Notes: a model not told the origin generated them from the sequence alone. A stretch of DNA of 64,000 nt from Lama guanicoe (GCA_013239625.1 MU053493.1:877793-941792); one strand, 5' to 3'; positions 1 to 12,564 are shown, numbered from the stretch's first letter. Numbers and translations are program-made.

Positions 1-724
1 GAGGTATCTGAAAGTGACAACTCCTAAAGACAAGTACGAAATGGAGGGAAAAAAAAAATCTAGTATCTCCAGACACTGGAGATGGTGTATAATCTTCAAA
101 TTTGACTGATATTTGGAAACTCTGTATGGAATACTGAACATCTTGTATTCAATGAGAGAGTTAATTTTTCTGACCCTTTTTAAATGAAGAAAAATGAAAC
201 TCTTCCAAAGGATTATGTGACATTTCAGATAAACACAGAATAATTTATAAATGAAGATGGGACGTGAAGCAGAGAATAGTCTAATGACCTGGAGTACTTT
301 GTCATCTGGAGTCAGAAAAAAAAAGCATAAAGCTGTGATGGTGACTGTCATGCCAGGAGTGGCTGAATCTCTCATCAGGGACTGTCTGGAATCACCATTA
401 CCCACTGAAATGGCTTTTCAGCCCAATGAAGTATTTGGCCCTGTTGGTATTGATTCAGCGCCCTTAACAGTTGAGACAAATGTGCTTCATATAGATCTGA
501 GCCTGGGGAAAGTGATTCATAAAAAATTAAAAGAATCTGTGATAGTCAGCAGGCTTCTTTTTACAAAGAACTCCTTTTGTGTCCACTTTGTCACCTTTCA
601 GCTGCAAGACAATCTGCCACATTAAATACAGTAATTTCACTGAATCTTGATTTTTGAAAAATAACTTACTGGTTAACAGGTTGCTGATTTTCCCTCCTTT
701 TCCCAGCTTTTTCATTGTCTTTTT

Positions 725-1145
725 TCCAGTTTTATTGAGATATAAGTGACATACAACACTGTATAAGTTTAAGGCAGGCAGCATAATGATGCGACTTATG
801 TCCTGAAATGATTATCACTGTAAGTTTAGTGAGCACCCATCATCTCAGATAGACACAAAATTGGAGAAACAAACAAATTTTTCCTTGTGATGAGAATTCT
901 TAGGATTTACTCCCTCAACTACTTTCAGACATAACACACAGCAGTGTTAATTATTTCTCATGTTGTACACGACACCCCTAGTATTTATTTATCTTATAAC
1001 TGGAAGCTTTGTACCTTTTGACTGCCTTCTTCCAATCCCCCCTCCCCCAACCCCCACCTCTGGTAACCACAAATCTGATCTCTTTTTCTATGAGTTTATT
1101 TGTTTTTGAAGTATAATTGACCTATAACTCGGTATTAGCTCCTGT
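725..1145 (-). mobile_element. L1 3'-end fragment inside the intron-like block of the N4BP2 copy
   Basis: ttttattgagatataagtgacatacaacactgtataagtttaagg... is a typical antisense L1 3' UTR terminus. Confidence 0.75.
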
Positions 1146-2179
1146 TCAAGCTTTTTAGGTTATTTCCAGACTGGTCAAATTGTATAATTAGTGATAGAAC
1201 CCAATGTGGTTCATATTTTTTGAGGCTAAAAACAAAAACAGTGATTTTTTTTCTATCCCCAAAGTTTAAGATGGCAATGTTAAGTTTTAAAAGAAATTTT
1301 TGAAAGATGCAGCAGCCAATTCCATATTTGTGTTTAAAGTCTTCAAGGACAGGACGTGTCCTGTAACAAGCTTATCTGAGATCCTTCCTTGGTTGGGGAT
1401 ATTGACCTTGATAATCCTAAACAAATATCATCTCAGAGAACAGACATCAAAAAAAGTAGTGAAGATTTTAGCAGCCCCTGATAAGACGCTACTCTTATGG
1501 GATCTTTGGAATACTCAAACTTTAAAGGTATCACTCAGAGAAGTAACATCAGAAGAAATTGCCTCACCAAAAAAAAAAAATGACTTGTACAGGAAGCTAC
1601 TTAATATTTGTACAAGATGGTTTTACTGAACTAAAGAAGCAGCAGTTTTCCAAGATATTCCCAGACATTAACCAAAATTCCCTGGTGGACATTTCCAAGG
1701 ACCACAATCATCTCTTGGGACCCACATTTAAACTGCATTATTAAAGGAGACCCCACAGAAGCCGTTGTAGCACCGGAGTTTGTCACCAGAATGTGAGCAT
1801 CATTTCTACCGCACGGAAGCCTAAGGAGAAAAAGGGAAGACTGAAGACAGACACACCGAGTGGTCCACTTCCCTGCGCAGGAGGGCTGCGGGCAAAGGCT
1901 TCCCTGCACCTGCAGGAGAGGATGGAAGGCTGCAGGAAGCAAAAGGAGCTCGTCAAACTGGGGGGTGGGAGTGCTGCCCTGTTTTGTGCACCAGCCCCCA
2001 CCCCGAGAAGTGTCCGTGAACAGATGAGCATCTTGATGCAGAGAATCTTTGAGAAAACCTGCCTCCTTGCCGCCGTGGAATGTTCCAGACCTCCATGGGC
2101 TGCTTGGCAACCAAGTTAGAGAACATTGGATGATAGGGTCGCAGCGCAAACTGAAGAATTTGAAGAACAGTGGTTTTAC

Positions 2180-2322
2180 GGGGGAGGGTATAGCTCAGTG
2201 ATAGAGCGCATGCTCGGCATGCACAAGGTCATGGGTTCAATCCCGAGTCCCTCCATTAAACAAAATAATAAATAAATCTAATTACCTCTGCCCAAAAAAT
2301 AAATAAATAAAAATGAAATAAA
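2180..2322 (+). mobile_element. tRNA-derived camelid SINE (Vic-1-like), inserted in the N4BP2 Smr region
   Basis: ggggagggtatagctcagtgatagagc (A box) ... gggttcaatccc (B box), then an A-rich tail with ctaattacctc. Confidence 0.85.
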
Positions 2323-3034
2323 GACGGCAGTATGTCCTGCCTCTCTGTGATTATGGGTGAGGAGAACTGGAAGGTGGCCAGCCGCTGTTCAATACTTGCT
2401 TCAGGCTCTCCGAAACTAGACCAGGACTCCAGAAAGTGATGCTCAAGTTAAAGAAACATCCTTGACTTAGGAGTGTGAAGAATTTAATAAAGAAACAAGG
2501 CTGGAGTACATCTGCCTCTGAGCCAGCCGTTTAGGACTTCATGTTCTTCAGGACAGATTTTATTATCATTTTCTTTAACCTGAGCAATTGATTCTTATGG
2601 TTCCAACGGTGAACCTGTTTTTAATAAATGATTGAATTAACTGTGAGACTGTTCATTAAAATGTAATAGTGCAGCTGTCACGTGGAGAATATATTACAAA
2701 ACTTTCAGAGAGTATGTGAGAAACAAAGTGTTTTTATTTGTACTATAAAAAAAGTAATTTTGCTGTCAGCTGTGCTCATTTTTACTGAGAACTTCCTATA
2801 ACTCTGCTTTTAAATGTTCTTTTAAAACTGTTCACAAATTATATACATTGTTTAATAAAATACTTTAGCTACCCCCTCAGAAAAACAATTGGGTATTTGT
2901 TTGTATGTCAAACAGGTGTTAAATTGCCCTTAAACATCATAAGTTTGCTCGGCCAGTCTGCCTCCTTAAGTTCTGCTGGCTTTGAGGTTTCTTTCAGCAG
3001 AGCTTTCCTCCATCACTCCTGAAAGGACTTGGGA

Positions 3035-3380
3035 GTGTGTACTGGTTTCCTAGCATTGTCGAACCACAGACTGGGAGGCTTAACCACCAAACATGCATTG
3101 TGTCCCAGCTCTGGAGGCTGGACGTCTGAGAGTGAGGTGTCAGCAGGTGTGGTGCTTTCTGAGGGCCGTGATTCTCCTTGCCTGGATGGCCATCTTCTCT
3201 CTACATGTCCTCGCCTTGTCTCCCCTCCACGTATGTTTCTCTGTGTCCAAATCTCCCCCTTGTCTAAGGACAACAACCCTGTTAGATTCTGTCCATCCTG
3301 ATGACCTCATTTTTCAGTCCCATCTCCAAATAACCAAAGTCCCATTCTGAGGCACTGGGGTTAGGAAGCTAACATGTAAA
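3035..3380 (-). mobile_element. MaLR (MLT1-like) LTR fragment
   Basis: accacagactgggaggctta...tctggaggctgg...aaggacaac...gacctcattt...ccattctgagg..ctgggggttagg pattern. Confidence 0.7.
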
Positions 3381-3571
3381 CTTGTTACCTGTTAACCCAT
3401 AACAGGGTGTCAGCCTATAACAGGGTGGATTCCCTTCTGAGAGCTGTGATCTCCATAACCATCCCTGGAAGGGTACTGGGGCCAAGGGAGCTGAGGAATC
3501 ATGGACCTTGTTTGCCAGGCTTGGAGTTTCTCTCTCTCTCTCTTTTTTTTGGGGGGGGGGTTGTTTTGTTT

Positions 3572-3695
3572 TGGAGGGGAGATAATTAGGTCTGTTTGTT
3601 TGCTTGTTTGTTATTTAACAGAGGTTCTGGGGCTTGAACCCATGACTTCACGCATGCTAAGCATGCACTCTACCACTGAGCTATACCCTCCCCCC
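3572..3695 (-). mobile_element. Vic-1-like tRNA SINE
   Basis: Reverse-complement head: ggggcttgaacccatgac...gcactctaccactgagctataccctcccc. Confidence 0.85.
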
Positions 3696-3944
3696 CAGTG
3701 TTTCTCTCCTGCAATTCAATACCCCCAAAAGCCCTACTGGCTCCCAGTTGAATTCATTAGGGACCTCCAGTACCCAATGACAGAGGCCAGTCTTTCTGCA
3801 TGGGGATCTATATACGTGCACCAGTCCTTACAGTATCTCCAGCTGTGGGCAGGCATCTTTGGCTATTCTCCATGCCCACGTGAATGAGTTCTGCCTTACC
3901 CCCTGCCTCTAATTGCAAGGGAAGAAGTGGCAGCCTCCATGTGC

Positions 3945-4095
3945 TGGGCACTCACAATGCGACAGCCTGTGTGCTGAGCTCTACACAGCCTTTGTCTCTT
4001 TTGAACGTCCTCCCAAGCCTTGGAATCAAGTGATGGCATTTCTGTTATACAGATGAGAACACTACCTTGTAAATAAATTAAGTGCTGTGCCCAGG
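3945..4095 (+). mobile_element. MIR-like SINE remnant (orientation uncertain)
   Basis: tgtgctgagctctaca...acagatgagaac...aaattaagtg..tgcccagg resembles the MIR core. Confidence 0.45.
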
Positions 4096-4282
4096 GTTTG
4101 TGTTTATTATTCCATTAAATGAAATGCCATATCCGCCATACATTCTCATTTAATAGAGACAAAATACTGCTCCTGGGATGGACAGAGAAAGGGATGAGTG
4201 TAGAAGAACAGAAGGAAGAAGGATTTTGTGGGTCCCCAGAATGGGGACCAACAACTCCATCTAAAAAAGAAGGGGAGTCCTC

Positions 4283-4785
4283 CTTCATAGCAATCAAAAT
4301 GAGGAAACAGCCCAAGTGTCCATCAATGGATGGATGGATCAGCAAAGTGTGGGAATGTGGTCTACCCATACAATGGAACATTATTCAGTCTTAAAGGAGA
4401 AGGACATTCTGACACCTGCTACAACATGGATGAACCTTGAGGACATCACACTAAGTGAAGTAAGCCATTCACAAATAGACAAATACTGTATGAATCCACT
4501 TATATGAGTTTTTAAGTAGTATAACTCGTTGGGACAGAAAGTAGAATGGTGGCCCCCAAGGGGTTGGCGAGGGGGAATTACTATTTAATGTGTCCAGAAT
4601 TTCAGTTTGAGAGGATGATGGGGTTTTAGAGATAGATGCTAGCAAGGGTTGCTTAACAAGGTGAATGCCCTTAATGCTGCAGAACCAGGCACTTATATTT
4701 GTTAATGTAAGTTAAGATGGCAAATTTTATATTATGTGTATTCCACCACAGCTAAAAAATGATTTTTGAAAAAGAAAAATAAAAG
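4283..4785 (+). mobile_element. L1 3' end (end of ORF2 and 3' UTR)
   Basis: KQPKCPS.DGWI and ATTWMNLEDITLSEVS motifs, followed by an A-rich tail. Confidence 0.85.
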
Positions 4786-6319
4786 AAAGGGCATTGATGC
4801 CAAAGCCCACGCACTTAAAACAGGTTTGAATTCAGATTTCTCCACAATATTATAAAAAGATCTTTTGATCCATCACTCAGAAATGTTTAAAGGGAACTCT
4901 GAATTTTTATAGATAAGAATAGCCTTGAGACAGAAGCAGGGTTTACATGCCGTGTGTGTGTTTTCAGTAGACACTTGGGTAATAAATCCTCATTTCACCT
5001 AAGACAGAGTCCCCAGGGTCCAGTAGTAGATGTGGGGTTGGCACCAATGTGCACACACCAACAAAGAGGCTTTAGGTGTGGGTCTGGGACTTCTAACTAA
5101 GGGCAAGTTTACCTTTTCACCAGTGTCTGCGCAGGTGAATCTAAGCAAGGCAGGCGGGGATAGGGAAGGTAACGGAACTGACTTAACCCTGATTACAAAA
5201 TGAGAGGGTGCCTGAGTTAAGGAGATGTCTGGTCCTCATAGACTCACTGTCCCTGAACAAAGATGGGGGGCAGAGGAATAACCTAGGCACACCTAGATAA
5301 AGGCTCCCTTTCAACTACTTCTTTCTCTCCCAGCCTCTCTGTGGTGACATCACAAACTTTTATCTGGCTTACTCCTCACAGGTCTTCTTTCAGTCTTCAA
5401 ACATTGCAGTCCTTCTGCTAATTGCGGTCAGGGTGATTATGTTAAAGTGCAAATCAAATTACACAATTCCTCAACTTGAATTCGTCCCTATTTCTCTTTT
5501 CCCCTGCGAGACACCACGGAAACCCAAAAGTGCATGCCAAGGAGTGTTTGCCCATTTATCCAGCCTCGGGTCTTACCAGCTGCCACCCCAACACAGACTC
5601 ACAGAGGACGTCTAGTCTGCAGCTGGCTCTCCAGCCTCAGCTCACGGAGCTCTGCCAGCCTGCACCCAGCTCCCACTTCTCACCCAACCTGCCTCCTGAT
5701 TTCAGCTCAGCTTCAGATCTCTCCTCAGCTGTGAGCCTCCAGGAAGGACTCCAGTAAGTTCCACTACTTACCTACCTTGGTCCTAGAAGTTCACTTGTTG
5801 GTTTTGACTCCCACTGCCCATCTCTGGGAGGACAGCCCCTGGAGGGTTGGTCTAAGCCTTTGTTTCTAAACTACACCCCCCCCCGGAAGGGTGCCCATTC
5901 CTTCACAGGATCCAGTAAACATTGCATGTGGAAAGCATCTGGCCAAGTGTTTTTGCCTCTTATTTAACACTGACAAAGCTCTGTTGGTTTGTCAATGCAC
6001 ATGTCCGCTGAAAGTGGACTCGCTTTCCAAAGTCAGGTTCAAATCCATCCTTCCAGGTGGGAGGTGTCACCTTGGTGCAGGACACAGCCTTGCCCATGGG
6101 GCCACTGGCATTGGATCAAGGTCTCAGCTTCTCTAAAATGAACTGACTTCACTAAACGAAGTGAGAAAAAACATAAACTATTATCACTCACTTCTAGAAT
6201 GATTCTTGAAATGTGAAAAAGACATAGAGTCTTGTAGAAAATTATTTTGGCTCTCTTCCCCCTTGAATAATCAAATTCTTAAAAAACTAGCTCTGCAGGG
6301 AGAAAGAAAACCAAATTCA

Positions 6320-6483
6320 GAGGGAAGGCATAGCTCAGTGGTAGAGTACATGCCTAGCATGAGTGAGGTCCTGGATTCAATTCCCAGCACCTCCATTAAA
6401 AATTAAATAAATAAGCCTAATTATCTCCCTCCCAACAAAATTTTTTTTAAAAATACATAAAATAAAAATAAATTTAAAAAAAT
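6320..6483 (+). mobile_element. Vic-1-like tRNA SINE
   Basis: catagctcagtggtagagtacatgcctagc...ggattcaattcccagcacctccattaaaa; flanked by aaattcaga on both sides (TSD-like). Confidence 0.85.
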
Positions 6484-7049
6484 TCAGATTCACATCTTTA
6501 AGACTGATAGCACAATACAGAAGTTAGTTGGTGATGAATAATTGAGAATCTATCCTGGAAATTTTCAGGCTCACCTTCGTTGCAAAGATCTTTGAGCCCA
6601 AAGACGTGGGTGTGAGTACACGCTATTAAAATTTGTATCAGGCTGTCAGCCTCATGTATCTTCTCCAAAAACGCACAGCCCATAAAAATGTGCTTCAGTT
6701 CTGTGCAGCTGGTTTGATGCAATTTCCTCCAATGCTGTTTGGCTATACTTAATGTCTTTTTTACACTTATGTCCAAAAAGTAGGGAAAATAATGCAGAGC
6801 TAGCCATATTCTAAAAGAGAAAGCAGTAAAGGGGAAAGTAATTGACGTCCTGGATCCTCACCATCAAAAAAAAAGCAAAGCAGGGTGAACCTCATGTTAT
6901 GCAGTATCTGAAGCATTTTATTTCTAAACTTTACGCAGCAATAGGAAACTTGTTAACTTTTATAGCTAGACAAAAAGATAATAGCAATTGTAGCTATGGC
7001 GATGTAATTGGGCTTTTATTTAAATGTGGCAGAGAGTTTGTGCTCATTA

Positions 7050-7340
7050 TAGGAAACAAATAGACATAGGAAACGAACATGGCTACCAGGAGAAAAGGGG
7101 GTAGGAAGGGATAAATTGGGAGTTTGAGATTTGCAGATACCTACTAGTATATATAAGATAGATAAACAACAATTTTGTACTGTAGAGTACAAGAGACTAT
7201 ATTCGATATCTTGTAGAAACCTATAATGAAAAAGAGTATGAAAAGGAATATATGCATGTGTATGTATGACTGAAACATGCTGTACACCAGAAATTGACAT
7301 AACATTGTAAACCGACTATACTTCAATTTAAAAACAAATT
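7050..7340 (+). mobile_element. Lineage-specific L1 3' UTR fragment
   Basis: gggataaattgggagtttgagatttgcagatac...tgctgtacaccagaaattgac...acttcaatttaaaaa; the same family recurs at ~14.2k, 27.8k, 40.8k, 52.6k and 54.5k. Confidence 0.8.
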
Positions 7341-8325
7341 TTAAATATGTTTAGAAAAATGATGGCAGAGAGGCAAGTGTGAAAGGGTGACACAACCCTC
7401 AACTTGCTTTTTAACTCTCCCAGCCTAACCATCCATGCTGCTGGCCTTAGCAGGGCCAGGAATGCCCTGGTCCATCTCCATCACTTTGTACCTCTCCTTG
7501 GGTTGAGCTGTTGGACTACAATCATCCTCCCTGCTCTTCCTACCAGGTAATACCCTTTGCTTTATCCAAATATTTCTTGCATAGGTTTCATCTGTGAAAC
7601 CATCCCTGTGAATTCTGACTCTCACGCCAAAGGGGCTACAGGGACAACAGCTCATCTCTGAATTTCCTTCCCTTTTAAATCTCATGGTTGAGAGGTCATT
7701 GGTAGAGTCCCTTTGACCCCGTGCCTGCCTTCACTGACCACAGAGCACATGGAAGGCGTTCCCCAGGAAAGCCCAGTGTTCTTGGCTCTGACACTTCCAT
7801 GACCCTCTTCCTCTCTCAGCACCAGGCTCCCTCCATGCAGATCAATGCCCTGGCTGCTTCCATCTAAGAGGAAGCAAGTTCAATTTTATCAGACCCAAAG
7901 GGCGACTTTTTAAAATGGAAAAGGATATAAATCTCAGTGAAGTCTACCAGTCATGAAAGCCGGCACCTAATTACATAATATCAACACCTAAACACCAAAA
8001 ACTACAGAAAATATAGTATAGGAAGGAGTGGCAGGAGACCTGAATGCACTTGGTGCTTGAGAGGGCAGTGTTGCCACCAAAGAGAATAGGAAACATTAAA
8101 TCACATAATTGACCAGGTTAATCATTATTACTGCTGATCAACGTGGAGTTTGGGGAGTGGTGAATATAAAATATCTATCTATGTATGTATATGTCAATGC
8201 ATTATACATAAATGTGTGTATATGACATGCTTATATACATATAAATATGTATACATATGTGTGTATAATTCACCTGACACATATACATGTATAATCACTT
8301 GATTAATATATACACACACACACAC

Positions 8326-8869
8326 NNNNNNNNNNNNNNNNNNNNNNNNNNNNNNNNNNNNNNNNNNNNNNNNNNNNNNNNNNNNNNNNNNNNNNNNNNN
8401 NNNNNNNNNNNNNNNNNNNNNNNNNNNNNNNNNNNNNNNNNNNNNNNNNNNNNNNNNNNNNNNNNNNNNNNNNNNNNNNNNNNNNNNNNNNNNNNNNNNN
8501 NNNNNNNNNNNNNNNNNNNNNNNNNNNNNNNNNNNNNNNNNNNNNNNNNNNNNNNNNNNNNNNNNNNNNNNNNNNNNNNNNNNNNNNNNNNNNNNNNNNN
8601 NNNNNNNNNNNNNNNNNNNNNNNNNNNNNNNNNNNNNNNNNNNNNNNNNNNNNNNNNNNNNNNNNNNNNNNNNNNNNNNNNNNNNNNNNNNNNNNNNNNN
8701 NNNNNNNNNNNNNNNNNNNNNNNNNNNNNNNNNNNNNNNNNNNNNNNNNNNNNNNNNNNNNNNNNNNNNNNNNNNNNNNNNNNNNNNNNNNNNNNNNNNN
8801 NNNNNNNNNNNNNNNNNNNNNNNNNNNNNNNNNNNNNNNNNNNNNNNNNNNNNNNNNNNNNNNNNNNNN
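8326..8869. other. Assembly gap
   Basis: Run of N. Confidence 1.
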
Positions 8870-9057
8870 AGATGATGTAAACAGAGCTGCCAGGGTCCAG
8901 TGGAAACTGGAAAAGCAGAAGAATACTGAAGAATTTAAAAATCTGTATGAAGGGGCAAAAGATGGATGATACAACTAGATCTTGACAGATAGATCTGGGG
9001 AAATCTCTTAACTAAATAGTAAGAGGAACTAGGGGATTAAAAGCATATGCTTATAAA

Positions 9058-9271
9058 AATGGATGGTTCGATAAAGAAGATGTGGTATATTTATACAATG
9101 GAATACACTCAGCCATAAAAAAGAATGAAATAATGCCATTTGCAGCAACATGGTTGGACCTGGAGATCATCATTCGAAGTGAAGTAAGCCAGAAAGAGAA
9201 AGAAAAATACCACATGATATCACTTGTATGTGGAATCTAAAAAAAAAAAAAAGACACAAAGAAACTAATTT
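9058..9271 (+). mobile_element. L1 3' fragment
   Basis: aagaagatgtggtatat..gccataaaaaagaatgaaataatgccatttgcagcaacatgg. Confidence 0.85.
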
Positions 9272-9789
9272 NNNNNNNNNNNNNNNNNNNNNNNNNNNNN
9301 NNNNNNNNNNNNNNNNNNNNNNNNNNNNNNNNNNNNNNNNNNNNNNNNNNNNNNNNNNNNNNNNNNNNNNNNNNNNNNNNNNNNNNNNNNNNNNNNNNNN
9401 NNNNNNNNNNNNNNNNNNNNNNNNNNNNNNNNNNNNNNNNNNNNNNNNNNNNNNNNNNNNNNNNNNNNNNNNNNNNNNNNNNNNNNNNNNNNNNNNNNNN
9501 NNNNNNNNNNNNNNNNNNNNNNNNNNNNNNNNNNNNNNNNNNNNNNNNNNNNNNNNNNNNNNNNNNNNNNNNNNNNNNNNNNNNNNNNNNNNNNNNNNNN
9601 NNNNNNNNNNNNNNNNNNNNNNNNNNNNNNNNNNNNNNNNNNNNNNNNNNNNNNNNNNNNNNNNNNNNNNNNNNNNNNNNNNNNNNNNNNNNNNNNNNNN
9701 NNNNNNNNNNNNNNNNNNNNNNNNNNNNNNNNNNNNNNNNNNNNNNNNNNNNNNNNNNNNNNNNNNNNNNNNNNNNNNNNNNNNNNNNN
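9272..9789. other. Assembly gap
   Basis: Run of N. Confidence 1.
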
Positions 9790-10005
9790 GGTAATACCCT
9801 TTATCCAAATATTTCTTGCATAGGTTTCCTCTGTGAAACCATCCCTGTGAATTCTGACTCTCACGCCTGCAGGGGCTACAGGGACAACAGCTCATCTCTG
9901 AATTTCCTTCCCTTTTAAATCTCATGGTTGAGAGGTCATTGGTAGAGTCTCTTTGACCCTGTGCCTGCCTTCACTGACCACAGAGCACATGGAAGGCGTT
10001 CCCCA

Positions 10006-10063
10006 NNNNNNNNNNNNNNNNNNNNNNNNNNNNNNNNNNNNNNNNNNNNNNNNNNNNNNNNNN
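10006..10063. other. Assembly gap
   Basis: Run of N. Confidence 1.
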
Positions 10064-12139
10064 TGTGTATAATACCTGACACATATACATGTATAATCAC
10101 TTGATTAATATATACACACACACACACGTGTATATGGAGTGAATTATGTATATATCAACTCCATATTTAGACTATAGACAATATGCCATCACTATTTCAG
10201 GGGACCAAGAAACATACACAAAACTTAACCATGTATTAAGTCACTGAGTAAACCTCAATAAATTCTAAAAACTAAAATAGAAGAATCATTTTCTCATCCT
10301 ATTCCTATAAAAATAAAATCTTAACAGAAAAATATCAAAACCAAAAAAAAAAATCTTGGATTAAAAAGTAAATTATATCCAATATGACATCATATAAAGA
10401 AAATAATGGTAATGAAAAGATATATCTCAGGCCCAGTCTCATGTAGCTAAAACAATGCTCAGGATAAGATGTGTGAAACTCAGCAAAATAAACTGGAGCA
10501 GAAAGAAGACATTAGTAAGAATGAATTTTTTTTAATGAACTATAAATATAAAAATTGTAGAACCAATAATTCTATAATCGGGTTTTTTAAAATAAAATTC
10601 AAAACCACTAACTAACAAAATTAAAAGCGAAGAAGGTTTTTAAATACCAAAAAAGATAACATTAATAAACAAGACTAATTTGCTCAATTTTATGAAAAAC
10701 ATGTGAAAGAACCTGAATGAGCCGGTTGATTTCTCAGGAAATTCTCAGGGAAAAAGAATACCAAAAATGACCTCAGGGAAAATTAAGATTTCAAACAGAA
10801 TGATTTTCCTAGAAAATTCAGAAAAAAAATGTCAGTAAGCAAGTTTCTTAAACACCAGGCCCACACACTTTCACATAGAAAAGTTTATCAGATCTTTAAG
10901 GACTGCATAAATGCTACGTTTAAGCCTCAGAGCACAGTAAAAGAAGGACATTTTCCAAAGCAATTTAATGAAACAAACAAAAGCTATAATAATCTCAACT
11001 GAGATAGTACAGAGAGATACAGATCAGTCTTTATTATGAATATTAATTTAAATGTTATAAATAAAAGATTAGAAACAGAAGGCGGCAGTATGGCATCATC
11101 CCAGTCATACCAGGGTGGTTTAATATTGCAGAACCCATTTATCTAGCTCATTATATATTCACATGATGCATTATATTAAACAAAAAGTAGAAAAAATAGA
11201 ATGACTTTAACAAATGACAGAAAGATGTTTTAATAACCTTCAGTATCCACTCTTTGTTTGAAATGTAGACTTCTTAAAATTGTGACTGATGGAATAAATA
11301 TAATATATATATATATAACATATATGTGTGTGTGTGTGTGTATGTATCTCAACCCGAAATCCATTATTATGCTTAATGGAAGAACACCAGAAGTATTGCC
11401 ATTAAAGGCAGGAGCCAGGCTAGGGTATCAAGCATTATTACTACTGTTGACCATTGCTATGGCAGTACTAGCTGAAAAATTTAGGAAGAAATAAGACTTA
11501 TGGACCCTGGGGAGGGACGAGGTGAAAGTTATCTTTAATTGCAGTTAATATGATTGTATACCCAGATAAACCAAGAGAATCAACTGATGTAAGACAAGTA
11601 AAAGAACTCAGTAAAAGGACTGGGTAAAAAAGATGATAATAATATATAAAAGCCATTAATTTGAACACAGCAATCAGAAGTGAAGGTAGCAAGAACAAAA
11701 AGATTATCCTGGATTTAATTAAGAAATCTGTAAGACCTTTATGAGGAAAACTATCAAATGTTATTGAGAGACTTTTATTAAAAGAAATCTTAAACAAATA
11801 GAAAACCATGTAACGTTCTTGGATTGAATGAGAGTAATTAGATGTCAATTGCATTAACCTGTATTTGAGATCCAATAAAAGTACCAATAGGATTTTTCTT
11901 TTCTTTTCCTTTGGGACCAGGTAAATTGATCCTAGGTTTTAAAGAGAAAAACACAAAAGGAAAGTAGTTAGGAAAATCCTGTTTGTGAAGAATAATGAGG
12001 TGGAACGGCCATTCTGATATTAAACTATAATATAAATATACACTGAATAAAAGATTGAGGCTGGTATGAAATCAAGAAATCAACAAAACAGAATGAAAAG
12101 CCCCTAAATAGGACACAATATATAAAACCATTTAGTCAT

Positions 12140-12555
12140 ATTAAAGACAAAAACAAACGGAGACCAACCTTAAAAATTCCCTGAGTAGATAAAACCAGTT
12201 TAGTCACACAAGCCAAGCTTAATTTAGTTGATTTTGGAAAGAGTAACTTGACCTGGGTCATTTCTTCTTTACTTCCCTGGAAATCATAAGCAAAACTTAA
12301 ACTGTTTCCCAAAATTGGTATGAGAAAACCATTAACCTATTCCCCATCACTTAGGAAAGTTCTGATATGGTAACAACTGTAAAGAATAAACAGTCACTGC
12401 TTTCTCACTATATAAAAGCCGCTTTGTAACAGTGCTCCCCTGGGTCCATGTTTTAGTTTGAGTGCTCCTGGTTTGTGAACTGTCTTTTTGGTGTGTGTGC
12501 ACAATAAACTTTTACTAATTACTCCTTCAGTGATTTGTTTTATTTCCAACACTTC
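12140..12555 (+). mobile_element. Solo ERV LTR
   Basis: TATA (tatataaaagc) followed by aataaa; non-L1 composition nested within the L1. Confidence 0.6.
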
Positions 12556-12564
12556 TGAACTTTT

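Larger units (their letters stand above)
1..2860 (+). pseudogene. N4BP2: N4BP2 (NEDD4-binding protein 2) retro-pseudogene, 3' part, semi-processed; coding remnant ends ~2450, followed by UTR-like sequence
   Basis: Frameshifted and stop-containing peptide blocks match the recalled N4BP2 C-terminus: FGPVGIDS..LTVE..VLHIDLSLGKVIHKKLKESV; WNTQTLKVSLREVTSEEIA; KIFPDINQNSLVDISKDHN (CUE); LRAKASLHLQERME (DUF1771); NVPDLHGL (Smr motif, 2088-2099); LSVIMG; FRLSETRPGLQKVMLK. AATAAA motifs follow at ~2486, ~2623 and ~2854. Confidence 0.88.

Noticed and set aside
251..2119. ORFs 251-625, 1300-1629, 1559-1744 and 1793-2119 as functional genes
   Set aside because: Fragments of one N4BP2-derived sequence broken by frameshifts, stops and a SINE.
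2180..2255. tRNA gene-like sequence (also 6320, 12620, 27270, 48205)
   Set aside because: A/B boxes are followed by a shared AT-rich tail, the copies are mutated, and several have TSDs. These are SINE heads, not tRNA genes.
8287..10127. Long ORFs in the ORF track
   Set aside because: Artefacts of translating through N gaps.
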